The position numbers and the translations under genes were made by a program. The notes beneath the pieces were generated by a model. That model saw nothing but the letters and a program-made list of their open reading frames with translations, was not told the DNA's origin and searched no databases. Positions 50,116-62,160 of a DNA stretch of 64,000 bases are shown here, piece after piece. The stretch covers positions 7,964,137 through 8,028,136 of the forward strand of contig NC_057751.1 of the NCBI RefSeq assembly GCF_004010195.1, in the 5' to 3' direction. Each line of letters begins with the position of its first letter. Position 1 is the stretch's first letter. This stretch comes from Chiloscyllium plagiosum (Eukaryota).

Positions 50116-51667
50116 GAGACAAGAGTGAGGGAGACAAGAGTGAGGGAGACAAGAGTGAGGGAGACAAGAGTGAGGGAGACAAGAGTGAGGGAGACAAGAG
50201 TGAGGGAGACAAGAGTGAGGGAGACAAGAGTGAGGGAGACAAGAGTGAGGGAGACAAGAGTGAGGGAGACAAGAGTGAGGGAGACAAGAGTGAGGGAGAC
50301 AAGAGTGAGGGAGACAAGAGTGAGGGAGACAAGAGTGAGGGAGACAAGAGTGAGGGAGACAAGAGTGAGGGAGACAAGAGTGAGGGAGACAAGAGTGAGG
50401 GAGACAAGAGTGAGGGAGACAAGAGTGAGGGAGACAAGAGTGAGGGAGACAAGAGTGAGGGAGACAAGAGTGAGGGAGACAAGAGTGAGGGAGACAAGAG
50501 TGAGGGAGACAAGAGTGAGGGAGACAAGAGTGAGGGAGACAAGAGTGAGGGAGACAAGAGTGAGGGAGACAAGAGTGAGGGAGACAAGAGTGAGGGAGAC
50601 AAGAGTGAGGGAGACAAGAGTGAGGGAGACAAGAGTGAGGGAGACAAGAGTGAGGGAGACAAGAGTGAGGGAGACAAGAGTGAGGGAGACAAGAGTGAGG
50701 GAGACAAGAGTGAGGGAGACAAGAGTGAGGGAGACAAGAGTGAGGGAGACAAGAGTGAGGGAGACAAGAGTGAGGGAGACAAGAGTGAGGGAGACAAGAG
50801 TGAGGGAGACAAGAGTGAGGGAGACAAGAGTGAGGGAGACAAGAGTGAGGGAGACAAGAGTGAGGGAGACAAGAGTGAGGGAGACAAGAGTGAGGGAGAC
50901 AAGAGTGAGGGAGACAAGAGTGAGGGAGACAAGAGTGAGGGAGACAAGAGTGAGGGAGACAAGAGTGAGGGAGACAAGAGTGAGGGAGACAAGAGTGAGG
51001 GAGACAAGAGTGAGGGAGACAAGAGTGAGGGAGACAAGAGTGAGGGAGACAAGAGTGAGGGAGACAAGAGTGAGGGAGACAAGAGTGAGGGAGACAAGAG
51101 TGAGGGAGACAAGAGTGAGGGAGACAAGAGTGAGGGAGACAAGAGTGAGGGAGACAAGAGTGAGGGAGACAAGAGTGAGGGAGACAAGAGTGAGGGAGAC
51201 AAGAGTGAGGGAGACAAGAGTGAGGGAGACAAGAGTGAGGGAGACAAGAGTGAGGGAGACAAGAGTGAGGGAGACAAGAGTGAGGGAGACAAGAGTGAGG
51301 GAGACAAGAGTGAGGGAGACAAGAGTGAGGGAGACAAGAGTGAGGGAGACAAGAGTGAGGGAGACAAGAGTGAGGGAGACAAGAGTGAGGGAGACAAGAG
51401 TGAGGGAGACAAGAGTGAGGGAGACAAGAGTGAGGGAGACAAGAGTGAGGGAGACAAGAGTGAGGGAGACAAGAGTGAGGGAGACAAGAGTGAGGGAGAC
51501 AAGAGTGAGGGAGACAAGAGTGAGGGAGACAAGAGTGAGGGAGACAAGAGTGAGGGAGACAAGAGTGAGGGAGACAAGAGTGAGGGAGACAAGAGTGAGG
51601 GAGACAAGAGTGAGGGAGATAAGAGTGAGGGAGATAAGAGTGAGGGAGATAAGAGTGAGGGAGATAA
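50116..51667. repeat. 15-bp minisatellite (GAGACAAGAGTGAGG)n, ~103.5 units
   Basis: 100 apparently perfect units at 50116-51615, three GAGATAAGAGTGAGG variants, then a partial unit. Confidence 0.99.
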
Positions 51668-51749
51668 ACTTGCAGAGTGGCTGTGCAAAAGTGGAGAATG
51701 ACGCTAAGCACATCGCTGCCCACAGAATTGGAATGGATGGTAAGGGGAG

Positions 51750-52105
51750 ACAGTAGGATAGTGGGATTGGAGTGAATGTCTAATCCAGAGATCTATGCCA
51801 ATGCTCTGTCGGTTTAAATTCAACTGGTGGAATTAAAACTTATTTAGTAACTTCAGAATCCAAAACTAGTTTTGCTGTGGCTGACAATGCAATCAGAGAA
51901 AATAAACCTCCATCTTTTTCACTTTTATTCTTTTGGAAGGGAAATCTGTTGTCCCTACCTAACATGTGACACCAGACCTACAGCAGTGTGGTTGATTCTT
52001 TACTGCTCTCTGAACTGACCGAGCAAGCCACTCTGTTCAAGAGCAACTGGAGAAGGGCACTAATCGCTGGGCATCACCAGTCACATCCGCATCCCATGAA
52101 AGAAT
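51750..52105 (+). mobile_element. tRNA-head SINE family 2 (diverged)
   Basis: taatccagag, gggaaatctg, acatgtgacaccagacc and cacatccgcatcccatgaa tail. Confidence 0.7.
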
Positions 52106-52189
52106 CAATTCAAGGAAAATAATATTCTTCTTTGCTATGATGACTTTTATACATTTTCAGTCACTCAGCTCTGGTTCACCAACATGACA

Positions 52190-52810
52190 AACTGAGAAAA
52201 CCAGAAGGCTAATGATGTTAATTGCAAAAGGACTTGAGTACAGGAGCAAAGAAACCTCACTTCAATTGGACAGAACACTGGTGATACTACACCTGGAGTA
52301 CTGTGCACAGTTCCAGTCTCCTTTCTTCAGCCAAGATGTACCTGCTGTATAGGGAGTGCAGCGGAGCTTCACCAGACTGATTCCTGGAGTGGGTGGGATT
52401 GTCTTATATCTTTACATTATGGAGAGTGTGCCTGTATTCAATGGAGTCTAGGACAATATAGGGTGATGTCAAAGAAATTTACAAAATTCCTGAAGCAAGA
52501 GATGAGAAAATGCAGATAAAAGACTTCCAGAGGTCATGGGGTAACAAACTAGGAGACACAGTCAGACTCAGGGACATGCCATTTACCACTGGACTGAGGA
52601 GTTAGCTCTTCACTTGAGGTTGGCAATTCTTGCCTCAGAGGGCTGCGGGAGCTCCATCATGAACTATGTTGAAGACAGAGACTGAGAAGGTTTCTAATCA
52701 CCAATGAACAAACGGGAAACAGAGACAGTGCAACATTATGGGATTCAGACAAATGATCGGCAAAGCATAGCAGAGCAGGTTTGAGGAGCTGAACGGCCTG
52801 CTCCCTGCTT
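52190..52810 (+). mobile_element. Old CR1-like LINE 3' fragment
   Basis: cacctggagtactgtgcacagtt (HLEYCAQF) and ttcaccagactgattcc (FTRLIP). Confidence 0.82.
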
Positions 52811-53544
52811 CCGTGTTGGTCAATCCAAAGGCAGTCGTGACAACAGGACCAGTGCAAAATACCAGGAAAAGAACAAATCCAGAAACCTAACACTTCCCAA
52901 CTGCGCCCCTTTAACAAGTTCCTATTGGGAAAAAAAAATACACAAATAAATCCAGACACAGTGGCAAAGCCTGAAAAAAAACATTTGTCAAAGGAAGCAT
53001 TCTGCAGACCTCCGAAAGTGGATTCAATTTTACACCTTTCTTCAGAGGCAAGTGGTTGAGGGAATAATTCAATTCGAGCAGCCCTGCTTCCACTGACGGA
53101 TAATTGGGTCCAGAAGGACTGGGTTCGTCTGGTATTCAGACCATGTATGGCTTCTGTCTACTGGCCTTTCTTCCCTCCTATAACAGGAATGGTTATCCCC
53201 AGGTCCAGGGGGATACGGTCTGAAGGTGCAACTTCAAAAGCCGTGGAATTTAGCAGATCAAGCTCCCACCGATCTCTGCTGGAGCTCAATTAAATAACTC
53301 CCGGAAGGGTGCAATGAGGGGAAGAAAAGTTTTGCAGGGATCTGTCACAAGGTTCACAGCCTCTCACCAGCTGAACAAAGGAAGTGGGCAAACAGCAGAA
53401 AGTCAGGACTGGGGTTAGTCTACGAAACGCACTGTCAATTTTCAAACAGAGAAAGTAATGTGTGATTTTAACATGCGCGCCCCCCCCGCCCCCCGCCCAC
53501 AACCGCCACTCCCCACTAAATGACCAGATTGGCCTTTAACAGGC

Positions 53545-53700
53545 AGAGTCATCGAGAGTCATACAGCACCGAGACAGGTCCTTTGTCCCACACCGATCCA
53601 TGTCAACCAAAACGTCTGTCTACACTAACCCCACTTGGCCCATATTGTTCTAAACTGCTCCTATCCATGTATTTGTCCAAATGTCTTTTAAACGTTGTTA
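53545..53700 (-). mobile_element. CR1 3' tail
   Basis: gagtcatacagcac..atttgtccaaatgtcttttaaacgttg. Confidence 0.75.
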
Positions 53701-53809
53701 ACATACTCACACGTCAACCACTTTCTCTGTCAGAAGAGGGATCAAATAATGTAGGAATTTTACCCCAGGCCCAGAATACTGAATTCCCACATTGTATAAG
53801 ACAAATAGC

Positions 53810-54070
53810 ACAAAAGAGACCTAAGGGGCAACTTTTTCATGCAGAGGGTGGTAAGTGTATGGAATGAGCTGCCAGAGGATATGGTGGAGGCTGATACAAT
53901 TGCAACATTTAAGAGGCATTTGGATGGGTATATGAATAGGAAGGGTTCAGAGGGATATGGGCCGGGTGCTGGCAGGTGGTACTAGACTGGGTCGGGATGT
54001 CTGATCGGCATGGACGGGTTGGACCGAAGGGTCTGTTTCCATGCTGTACATCTCTATGACTCTATGACTG
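53810..54070 (+). mobile_element. CR1/HER1-like 3' end
   Basis: ggggcaactttttc..ggaatgagctgccagagg..ctctatgactctatgact. Confidence 0.92.
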
Positions 54071-54674
54071 TATAATAAGGAACATGCACAAGCCACAGCC
54101 TTATGACTGGGAGGGTGCATTCAGAAAGGGGCAGAAGGACCACCTTCTGTGTCCACTAGCAATGGGAAGCAGGAAATAAAGCAATGACACGAGCAACACG
54201 GCAACTCAGCATTGAAGCAGAATCAATGGCCTAGCTGTCAGCGAATGTTAAGCAGCGATTATTCTGAGGTCAGTTTCTGGGCCTCAAGAATTGGCATGGA
54301 TTTTTCCATTCCCTTCACCAGGGGAGAAACCTTGAAACAAAAACACTGAACGTTTTCAAGAAGGGGTTAACTCCATCTCTTAGGGCTCATGGGGTCAAAG
54401 GGCATGGGGAGAGGAAGAGAGCTCAAATACGTCGCTAATTTCCTGGTTCCAGGATGCTCAAGTCCAACATGGTGCGACAAACTCCAACACAAAGGACATT
54501 GAGAAACGTGTACAAGCCATACCCTGATGCCATCATGACTGCCACAAAATCTCAGGCCACAGAGATAACTTTTCAGCAAAACCACTGTGCAACAAACCAA
54601 CCCATTAGAAGAGGGTGAGACTGAGTTGAATGATGAGCCGCTATTGTATTGAACGGCCCAGGCTCCTGCTCCTG

Positions 54675-55020
54675 TGTTCAATGTTTCACAGTCTACAGCA
54701 CAAAAACAGGTCCTTTGGCCCAACTTGCCTGTGCCACCCTGTTTTTACAATTTAATCTACACCCGTTTACCTGTGTTGAGTCCAAATCCCTCCATCCCTA
54801 TTCCATCCACATACCTGTCAAAAAGTTTCTTAAATGACAAAATTGTACTCACTTCCACCATGACCTCTGGCAGCCCATTCCAGACACTCACCACCCTCTG
54901 TGGTGAAAAATTGCCTCTCTGGAGCCTTTTGCATCTCTTCTCTCTCATCTTAAACCTATACCTTCTAATTTTAGACTCCCCTACCCTGGGGAAATGCTGT
55001 CCACTATCTACCTTATCTAT
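54675..55020 (-). mobile_element. CR1-like 3' fragment
   Basis: RGNFSPQRVVSVWNGLPE (ORF 54757..54948). Confidence 0.9.
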
Positions 55021-55765
55021 TTATGATGGGGGTGTGGTTACTTGTCCTGCCATCATTAAACTTTATTAGTCAAATAATATTTTTCAATTCTTCAATATTT
55101 TATAGAGGTGACTTTCCATACATATGAAGTTGAATTTTCATGGTCAGAGAGGCGGCTTGTAAGCAATTATGATGAAACACATCATTTTAAAACAACTCGC
55201 AGATGAAGAAAGGAATTCGATAATTGTTTCGCACTGGATTGACTGGTAAATTTGTGATTATGTACAGCAACCTCATGCTCTTAGACACTAAGTCTAGTGG
55301 TGAGGTAATGCCATTGCATGGCTTAAAGACTGACAAATGATAACTTGTGCACTTCTGTATAAATTGTTCAGGTCTCCTGCTGTGAAAACTGCTGTTTTGT
55401 GATTCGGCAATAACTGTGAGTGTTCTTAGTCCAATTGTTAGTTGTGTGGCAAAAGGGTTAACAGATGTGATGCTGATGGAGTTGATCATCAGTGATTTCA
55501 GGTCAGACCAGACTTGGACCCAATATCTCAAAGTTTGGCTGAACCAAACATTGGTCCATCATGTAAACTGTCAAGAAATATTCATGAGTTTGCACTGGCG
55601 TGTTTTCCAGTTCTCATCTGTCAGACTTATTAAAAACCCGTCCATGTAATTCATTCAACTTCAAACATAAAACCCAGGCGAAGAAATCTAATCTGCTCTC
55701 CAACCTGCCATCGAGTTTGGATGGTACACAGAATTGGCAAAGGGTTCAGTTCCACAGAGTGATTC

Positions 55766-56097
55766 GGGGTGATGATGGCCTCATAGTGATATCCTTGGAC
55801 TATAATCCAGAGACCCAGGTCATGTTCTGGATTCTGCCATGGAAGAACTTGAATTCAAGAACAAATCTGGAAGTTAGGAGTCCAATGATGGCCATGAAGC
55901 CATTGCCCAATCTTTGTAGAAACCCATCTGGTTCACTAACATCCTTCAGGGAAGGAAATCTGCCACCCTTACCTGGTCTGCCTGACATATGACACCAGAC
56001 CCACAGCAATGAGGCTGAGTCTTAACTGTCCTCTGGTCAGTTGGGGATGGGCAACAAATCCTGGCCTTGCCAGTGATGCCCACATCCCATGAATAAA
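55766..56097 (+). mobile_element. tRNA-head SINE family 2, near full length
   Basis: Head ggacta-taatccagagacccagg, body ccatctggttcactaa..gggaaggaaatctgcc and tail gcccacatcccatgaataaa, shared with LINE family 2. Confidence 0.85.
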
Positions 56098-56267
56098 TTT
56101 ACAAAAATAACACTGATGGAAGTGAGGGAAGAGTGGACCATCTGCGGAACATGTTGCCTCCTCCTACATCTAAGCCTACTGCACACAAAGGCACCTATAG
56201 CGGAGATGGAGTTTGCATGGCTCAAAGAATCATGTAGTGCACTTGGTCACACTTGGTCATAAAGCCA

Positions 56268-57160
56268 TAGTGTCATAGAGATGTACAGCATGGAAACAGA
56301 CCCTTCGGTCCAACCCATCCATGCTGACCAAATATCCCAACCCAATCTAGTCCCACCTCCCAGCACCCGGCCCATATCCCTCCAATGCCTCTTAAATGTT
56401 GCAATTGTACCAGCCTCCACCACATCCTCTGGCAGCTCATTCCATACCCGTACCAACCTGTGTGTGAAAACGTTGCCCCTTTGGTCTCTTTTATATCTTG
56501 CCCCTCTCATCCTGAAGCTATGCCCTCTAATTCTGGACTCCCCCACTCCAGGGAAAAGACTTTGCTTATTTACCCTATCCATGTCCCTCATAATTTTGTA
56601 AACCTCTAAAAGGTCACCCCTCAGCCTCCGACACTCCAGGGAAAACAGTCCCAGCCTGTTCAGCCTCACCCTATAGCTCAAATCCTCCAACCCTGGCAAC
56701 ATCCTTGTAAATCTTTTCTGAACCCGTTCAAGTTTCACAACGTCTTTCCGATAGGAAGGAAACCAGAATTGCATACGATATCCCAACAGTGGCCTAACCA
56801 ATATCCTGTACAGCCGCAACATGGCCTCCCAACTCGGTCCATCTGGTCAAGATCCTGTTGTAATCTGAGGTAACCCTCTTCGCTGTCCACGACACCTTCA
56901 ATTTTGGTGTCATCGGCAAACTTATTAACTGTACCGCGTATGCTCACATCCAAATCATTTATGTAAATGACAAAAAGTAGAGGACCCAGCCTTGTGGCAC
57001 TCCACTGGTCACTTGAAGTGATCATCCAAGCTGTGAGGTTTCCAGTCTCAACTAACCTTCCAGGCAGTACATTCCAGACCGCCTCCACGCTCGTGGTGAA
57101 AATGGTTTTCCTCAAATCCCCTCTGAACTTACTGCTTTCCACTGCAAAATTATGCCCATG
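56268..57160 (-). mobile_element. CR1/HER1-like LINE with an internal deletion, abutting an older CR1 piece
   Basis: LGPLLFVIYINDLD..KFADDTK is joined directly to MLRLYRILVRPLL..VWNELPE. Confidence 0.93.
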
Positions 57161-57827
57161 CCAGGAACTGCCAAGCCAGTCAGTACACTAAATGCACTTC
57201 TGAAAACAGTGCTGAATGCTTGGGTGGGCTTGGTCTATTTAATTAACAGGGTAGCAAGTCTGCAACGTGCTGTGTTATTGCTTTCACCCCCAAGGTCCAA
57301 GCAAAGGAAAATGGGTTCTTGACAGATAGAGTTCAGTTTCTCCCCTCTGCAAATCTGAATTTCCTCCACGTGAAGAATGGTAGACAGCAGAGTCAGAACC
57401 TTCACCGCTGGTTGCAAAAATCACAGGCACCTCCAGATGTCAGAGTTCGGCCAAAGAAAGATGAACCACTGACTTGTTTATTTTCTTGTCGTTGGCTTCT
57501 CTCTTCTTCCCTGGGCTCGCAAAGTAGGCAGGAACGCAATTGTGTGCGTCACTTTAGTCACGTGACCTCATTTCCAGGCCACCGAGGCCTTCACCCATCG
57601 CAAGAGCTTCCACTGATACTGGGCATCTGCTGATAGCATTCGTGAGGGAGCTGCAAGGAACTAGGATAACAACATCCCACCTCTGTCACCTTGATCGACC
57701 CCACCTCGCCCTCCACGCCAACCACCTCTGTAAAATGACAAGCACTCGGTTTTCTTTCTTACATTCACAGATGCAGGCATCTGTGGATGGGCCAGGATTT
57801 ATTGACCCAGATGGCAGGAGATTATGA

Positions 57828-57945
57828 GGAGAAAGTGAGGATTGCAGATGCTGGAGATTCAGAGTTGAAAAGGCTGGTGGTGGAGAAAAAGCACAGCAGG
57901 TCAGGCAGCACCCGAAGAGCAGGACAGTCAATGCCTCAGACATCA
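57828..57945 (-). mobile_element. Single arm of the Penelope-derived family
   Basis: gagaaagtgaggattgcagatgctggag..gcacagcaggtcaggcagca is the reverse complement of 46920-47007. Confidence 0.8.
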
Positions 57946-58219
57946 GCAGATGGCAATTCAGGGTCAAGCACACCTTTCAGAACAAAACCTTCCTTTTATC
58001 ACAAGCAGACTTCAGTACAGGAGTGAAGTTGTCTCCCTGCAGTTGTACACTGCCTTGTCAATGACTCAACTGGAGTGTTGTGTACACTTTTTGTGCTGTC
58101 TGAGAAACGGGACCATTGCTGAGGAGTGAGGGAAACTGAGGTTTACCAGACTAACCCCTGGGACAGGTTGGCTGCAAGACTGAAGAACTGAACTTCTATT
58201 GGTTAGAGTTGAAAGAAGC

Positions 58220-58576
58220 ATCATAGAATCCCTACAGTGCAGAAGCAGGTCACTTGGTCCATCAAGTCCACACCGATCCTCTGAACAGCATCCCACCCAG
58301 ACCCCCCTCCCCGCTCCCCCCACCCTCTCCCCGAAACCCCACATTTCCCATGGCTAACTCACCTTGCCTGCACACCCTTGGACACTATGGGCAACTTGGC
58401 ACAGTCAATCCACCCGAACCCAGACATCTTTGTAGAAAGCCGGAGCACCTGGTAAAAACCCATGCAGACACAGGGAGAATGTGCAAACTCTTCACAGTCA
58501 ATCGCCCAAGGGTGGAATTGAACCCAGGTCCCTGGCGCTGTGAGGCAGCAGTGATCACCACTGAGTCATAGTGCTA
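58220..58576 (-). mobile_element. HE1-type SINE
   Basis: cccaggtccctggcgctgtgaggcagcagtg head (reverse complement) and tail. Confidence 0.9.
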
Positions 58577-59211
58577 CCAAGGGACAATCGCATTGGAGAA
58601 CAGGAAATTCTTTGAGGGCTGAAGAGGGCAGGAAAGACAACGTGCCTGGCTGTGAGGCTAAAACTGGAGGGAAGCCTGAAAGTGAACCAATCAAAACCTC
58701 AGACAAGAAAGAAGATATTCTTCATGCACACTGCGATGAACCTTGGCAATTCTCACCCTCAGAGGGGACCCACCGTTTGGGATACTGAAAACCGTAAGAA
58801 AGTGCCTTCAAATGGGACACGTCCAGCTAGCTTCCCCTCTGTTACAGAGTCTTGTTCCTTCGCCAAGTGACTAGGGTGTAGACAGCAAGTTCCCGTGAGT
58901 AATAACCAAGTGAGTAATGCATTCTGAAGTCCTGCAAGCACCAACAGCCCACTGAAAATTTGTCACATTTCAGAAAGGTACAAAATGCATCAGACGGTTT
59001 GTCAGAAAAGGCCAGAATATTAGTCAGCATCGAGGCACTAGTGGGTGTCAAAGATTGTAGGACTGAGTGGAGCCCAGGACCATTGCTGAAGGTGAGGGGG
59101 GGGGGGAGGGAGGAAGGTAATTTTTTTGTTTTGGGTGGGGGTGTGAAAGACCTTTGGGAATGACCTGGAGGGTGCATGTCCAGAAACGAAAAAAAACAGG
59201 AGGAAAATAAA

Positions 59212-59430
59212 ACTCACACACTTTCTGGAGAGATTCACCTCCCTCGGCTGCAGCAGCAGGGTTTGTCCTCGAACAGGTGTGTCTCTCTCGCACGCTGGAG
59301 CAGCAGGTGTGAGGGGGGGGCGGAGCCTCCGCACACCTGCTCCGCACACCTGGCCGTACTCGGCGCAGCTGCAGGCAATCAACTCCCAGCTGCAGCTGCC
59401 ACCCCCTTCCCCACCTCCAGGTGCTGCCCC
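59212..59430 (-). promoter_or_regulatory. Candidate promoter / non-coding first exon with E-box cluster, GC box and splice donor
   Basis: Non-repetitive GC/CpG-rich patch. 8 E-boxes within 59274-59423, GGGGCGGAG at about 59317-59325, and a minus-strand donor GTGAGT at 59217-59212. Confidence 0.55.
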
Positions 59431-59849
59431 CATGGACCGAGGCGCCTGCTTCTCCTAGGCAGCAGGGCAAGGAGTCCACAAGAAAAACCCCTTCCGTCCC
59501 TCCCTTAGAACTGCCTGTATCTTTGTGCCATCTCTCCACCAACTCTACTTCCTCCCCCATCCCCCACCACCTCAACCCAATAGCATGACTGATTGATTTT
59601 TTTTTAAAACATAAGTGGTTTTTTTTGCTGTTCAAAATCTTTGCTACCCACATGATCAGACTGGGTAGTGATCTCAATTCACCCCGTAACACGGTACAGG
59701 CATCCATCATCACCTCCTCTGGGAGCTTCATCCTGCACTGACAGTGGACTCTCGTCCTGGGACAGATGGCTGGAATGTTCCTCTGAGCCTTTAACGGGCG
59801 CGCCCACTTCTGAGGCTGGACCTCTTCTTGTTCCTACCCACATATCCTT

Positions 59850-60440
59850 CCTAAAGGACCATGCCCTCACTTGGACAGGGCGTTCTGGCTCACATCTTGC
59901 AAGCTCATGGTTCTCTGAATCAATAAATTTCTCCTCTTCTCTGCCCTAATTGGTCAACCCCCTACCCTTAAACAAAGACCCCTGGCTCTGGGCTCCAGCA
60001 ACATCAGCAACATCCTTCCTGCATCGAACTTATCTCGTCCTATTAGAATTTCCCAGATTTCTATGAATTATTCTCCACTCCCCTCAGTACCATCCTTTCT
60101 TTGATAAGGCCACCAAAACTGCACACAGCATTCTCAGTAAGGTCTCACCAATGCCCTACACAACTGCAGCAAGACATTCTTGTTCCTGTATGTGAACTCT
60201 CTCACTGCAAAGGACAAAAGTTTTGACTGCCTGCTGCACCCATGCGTTTACTTTCAGTGACTGGTGCACAAAGACACCCAGGTCCCACTGAACATTCCAC
60301 CATCTCACTTAAATGAGAACGTCCTTCCTATTTTTGCTACCAAAGTGGATATGCTCACATTTATCCAGCCATTCTGCATCTGCTATGTACTGGCCAACTC
60401 TCTCAGCCCGTCCAAATCATACCCTGACATATCTGCAGCT
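59850..60440 (-). mobile_element. Old CR1-like LINE fragment
   Basis: caaaactgcacacagcattc..ggtctcaccaatgccctacacaactgcagc (reverse complement of LQL.RALVRP.LE.CVQFW). Confidence 0.8.
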
Positions 60441-60504
60441 CCTGACAGACAGCTCACTCCCACTCCTCCCAAACTATTGCCTAAATGCTGCCCTCTCCAC
60501 ACTT

Positions 60505-60620
60505 CACTGCTGATGAAAAGTCATCCAGACTTGAAATGTGAGCTTGCTCTCTCTCCATGGATGCTGTCTGACCTGCTGTAATCTCCAGCATTTGTTGTTT
60601 TCAGTGCAAATTCCATCACC
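60505..60620 (+). mobile_element. Penelope-derived terminal repeat with hammerhead core
   Basis: CTGATGA-A-AAGTC-atcca-GACTT-GAAA at 60510-60536, followed by the ggatgctg..gacctgctg..tccagcattt arm. Confidence 0.75.
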
Positions 60621-60689
60621 TGGTGTAATTTGTCCCTTAGATACTTAACTGTTACTTAGATACAGACCCAACCTATCACTGAGTAAACT

Positions 60690-60830
60690 TCCTTCCCTAA
60701 GGCCCACTGCGTGTCAATCTACAGCACATGGACTGCAGTGGTTCAAGAAGACACCTTACAACCACCCTTCCAAGAGCAAGTGAGGATGGGTAATAAATGC
60801 TGTCGAGCCATCAATGCCCACATCTGACAA
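60690..60830 (+). mobile_element. LINE family 2 tail
   Basis: atggactgcagtggttcaagaag..taataaatgctg..gcccacatc. Confidence 0.78.
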
Positions 60831-60934
60831 GCAGATAAGAAAAAATGAATTTTTTCCCCAAAGTAGAGTCCCCATCCCGACTATTAGTCATGTGAATGTG
60901 CTATGAAGTGCTGCTATTGCCTGAACTTATCATC

Positions 60935-61490
60935 ACCCTGTAATAGGAGGGACATTATTAAACTGGAGAGAGTTCAGAAACAATTTCCAAGCATGTTGCC
61001 AGGAATGGAGAGTTTAACTTATAATTTGAGGCTGAATAGGCTGGGACATTTTTCACTGAAGCACAGGAGATGGAAGTATGACTATATGAAGGTTTATAAA
61101 ATCATGAGGGGCATAGCTAAGGTGAATAGAAAGGTTTATAAAATCATGAGGGGCATAGCTAAGGTGAATAGAAAAGGTTACTCTTTACTCCAGGTGTGGG
61201 AGTTCAAAACTAAGGGTCATATTTTTAAGGTTAGAGGATGAAGATTTCAAAAGGACATGAGGGGCAACATTTTTGCACACAGCGTGGTTAGTGTGCAGAA
61301 TGAACTGCCAGCGGAAATAGTGGATGCAGGTACAGTTACAACACTTAAAATACGTTCAGAGAAGTACATGGAAAAGAATTGTTTGGTGAGACATGGGCCA
61401 AATGCAGGCAGGTGGGACTAGTTTAATTTGGCAACATGGTCAGCATGGAGTAGCTGGATTGAAGGGTTTGTTCCCATGCTGTATGACTCG
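60935..61490 (+). mobile_element. CR1-like 3' fragment with a 42-bp tandem duplication (61089-61172)
   Basis: DIIKLERVQKQF motif; KVYKIMRGIAKVNR x2. Confidence 0.92.
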
Positions 61491-61869
61491 AAGACACTCG
61501 ATCATGAGCAACTGTATACCAATAACTGCAGTAAAACATTTAACATTCCATTGTCCAGTTTTGAATTCAGAATGAATTAACTATTATATTTTGATGGAAA
61601 GAGAGGGAGTTACTTTATTACCCAGTCGCTAACACATTTTTCACATCCTTGGGTTGTCCACTGTTAAACAGACCAGACAGCGCTGCACCTGGTTTGTGTT
61701 AACTGACCAAACAGTTGGTATTACCGGCGAAAATTGAAAAGTTCACGTTTCTGGTTGTCACCAATGCCACAAAGTTAACAAGTGTTTATAAAATGCTGCA
61801 TTTCACAAAGACAACACTCAATTTCACATCGTGTCCATTCATTAATCACTCCTGTAATTCCTGATCAAT

Positions 61870-62160
61870 TGGCTCCAAAGCCAGATGGACACCAAATTTA
61901 AAATTCTGACCCTGATGTTGGACCCTGGCCATTTTCTTGCTCCTACACATTACTTGTGATCACCAGCAGCCCTTGAAACTCTGTATTCTACAAGTTCTGG
62001 ACTGTTGAGGAACCCACTTCCCTAATGGCAGGTTTGTCTTCCGCAGGTTCCAGTCTCTGGAATACCACCGTTCGCTAGCGCACTCTTTCTCTCACTCTCC
62101 CCGGCCTCTTTCGAAAGGCCTTTCAAAGCACTCCAACTTTGACCAAGCTTTGCATCACCT
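61870..62160 (+). mobile_element. L2-like LINE 3' end
   Basis: tttaaaattct..ctctggaatac..ctttgaccaagcttt-catcacc terminal motif. Confidence 0.6.

Noticed and set aside
50116-51667. CRISPR-like or telomeric array
   Set aside because: No spacers, eukaryotic context, and the unit is not TTAGGG.
49937-51756. Four 560-595 aa ORFs
   Set aside because: Artefacts of a stop-free 15-bp tandem repeat plus SINE sequence; not genes.
52830-53510. Possible LTR or regulatory segment ending in a C-rich CpG patch
   Set aside because: Boundaries, TSD and paired LTR could not be established from this window.
59048-59731. 227-aa minus-strand ORF
   Set aside because: Explained by local GC richness; no recognisable protein.
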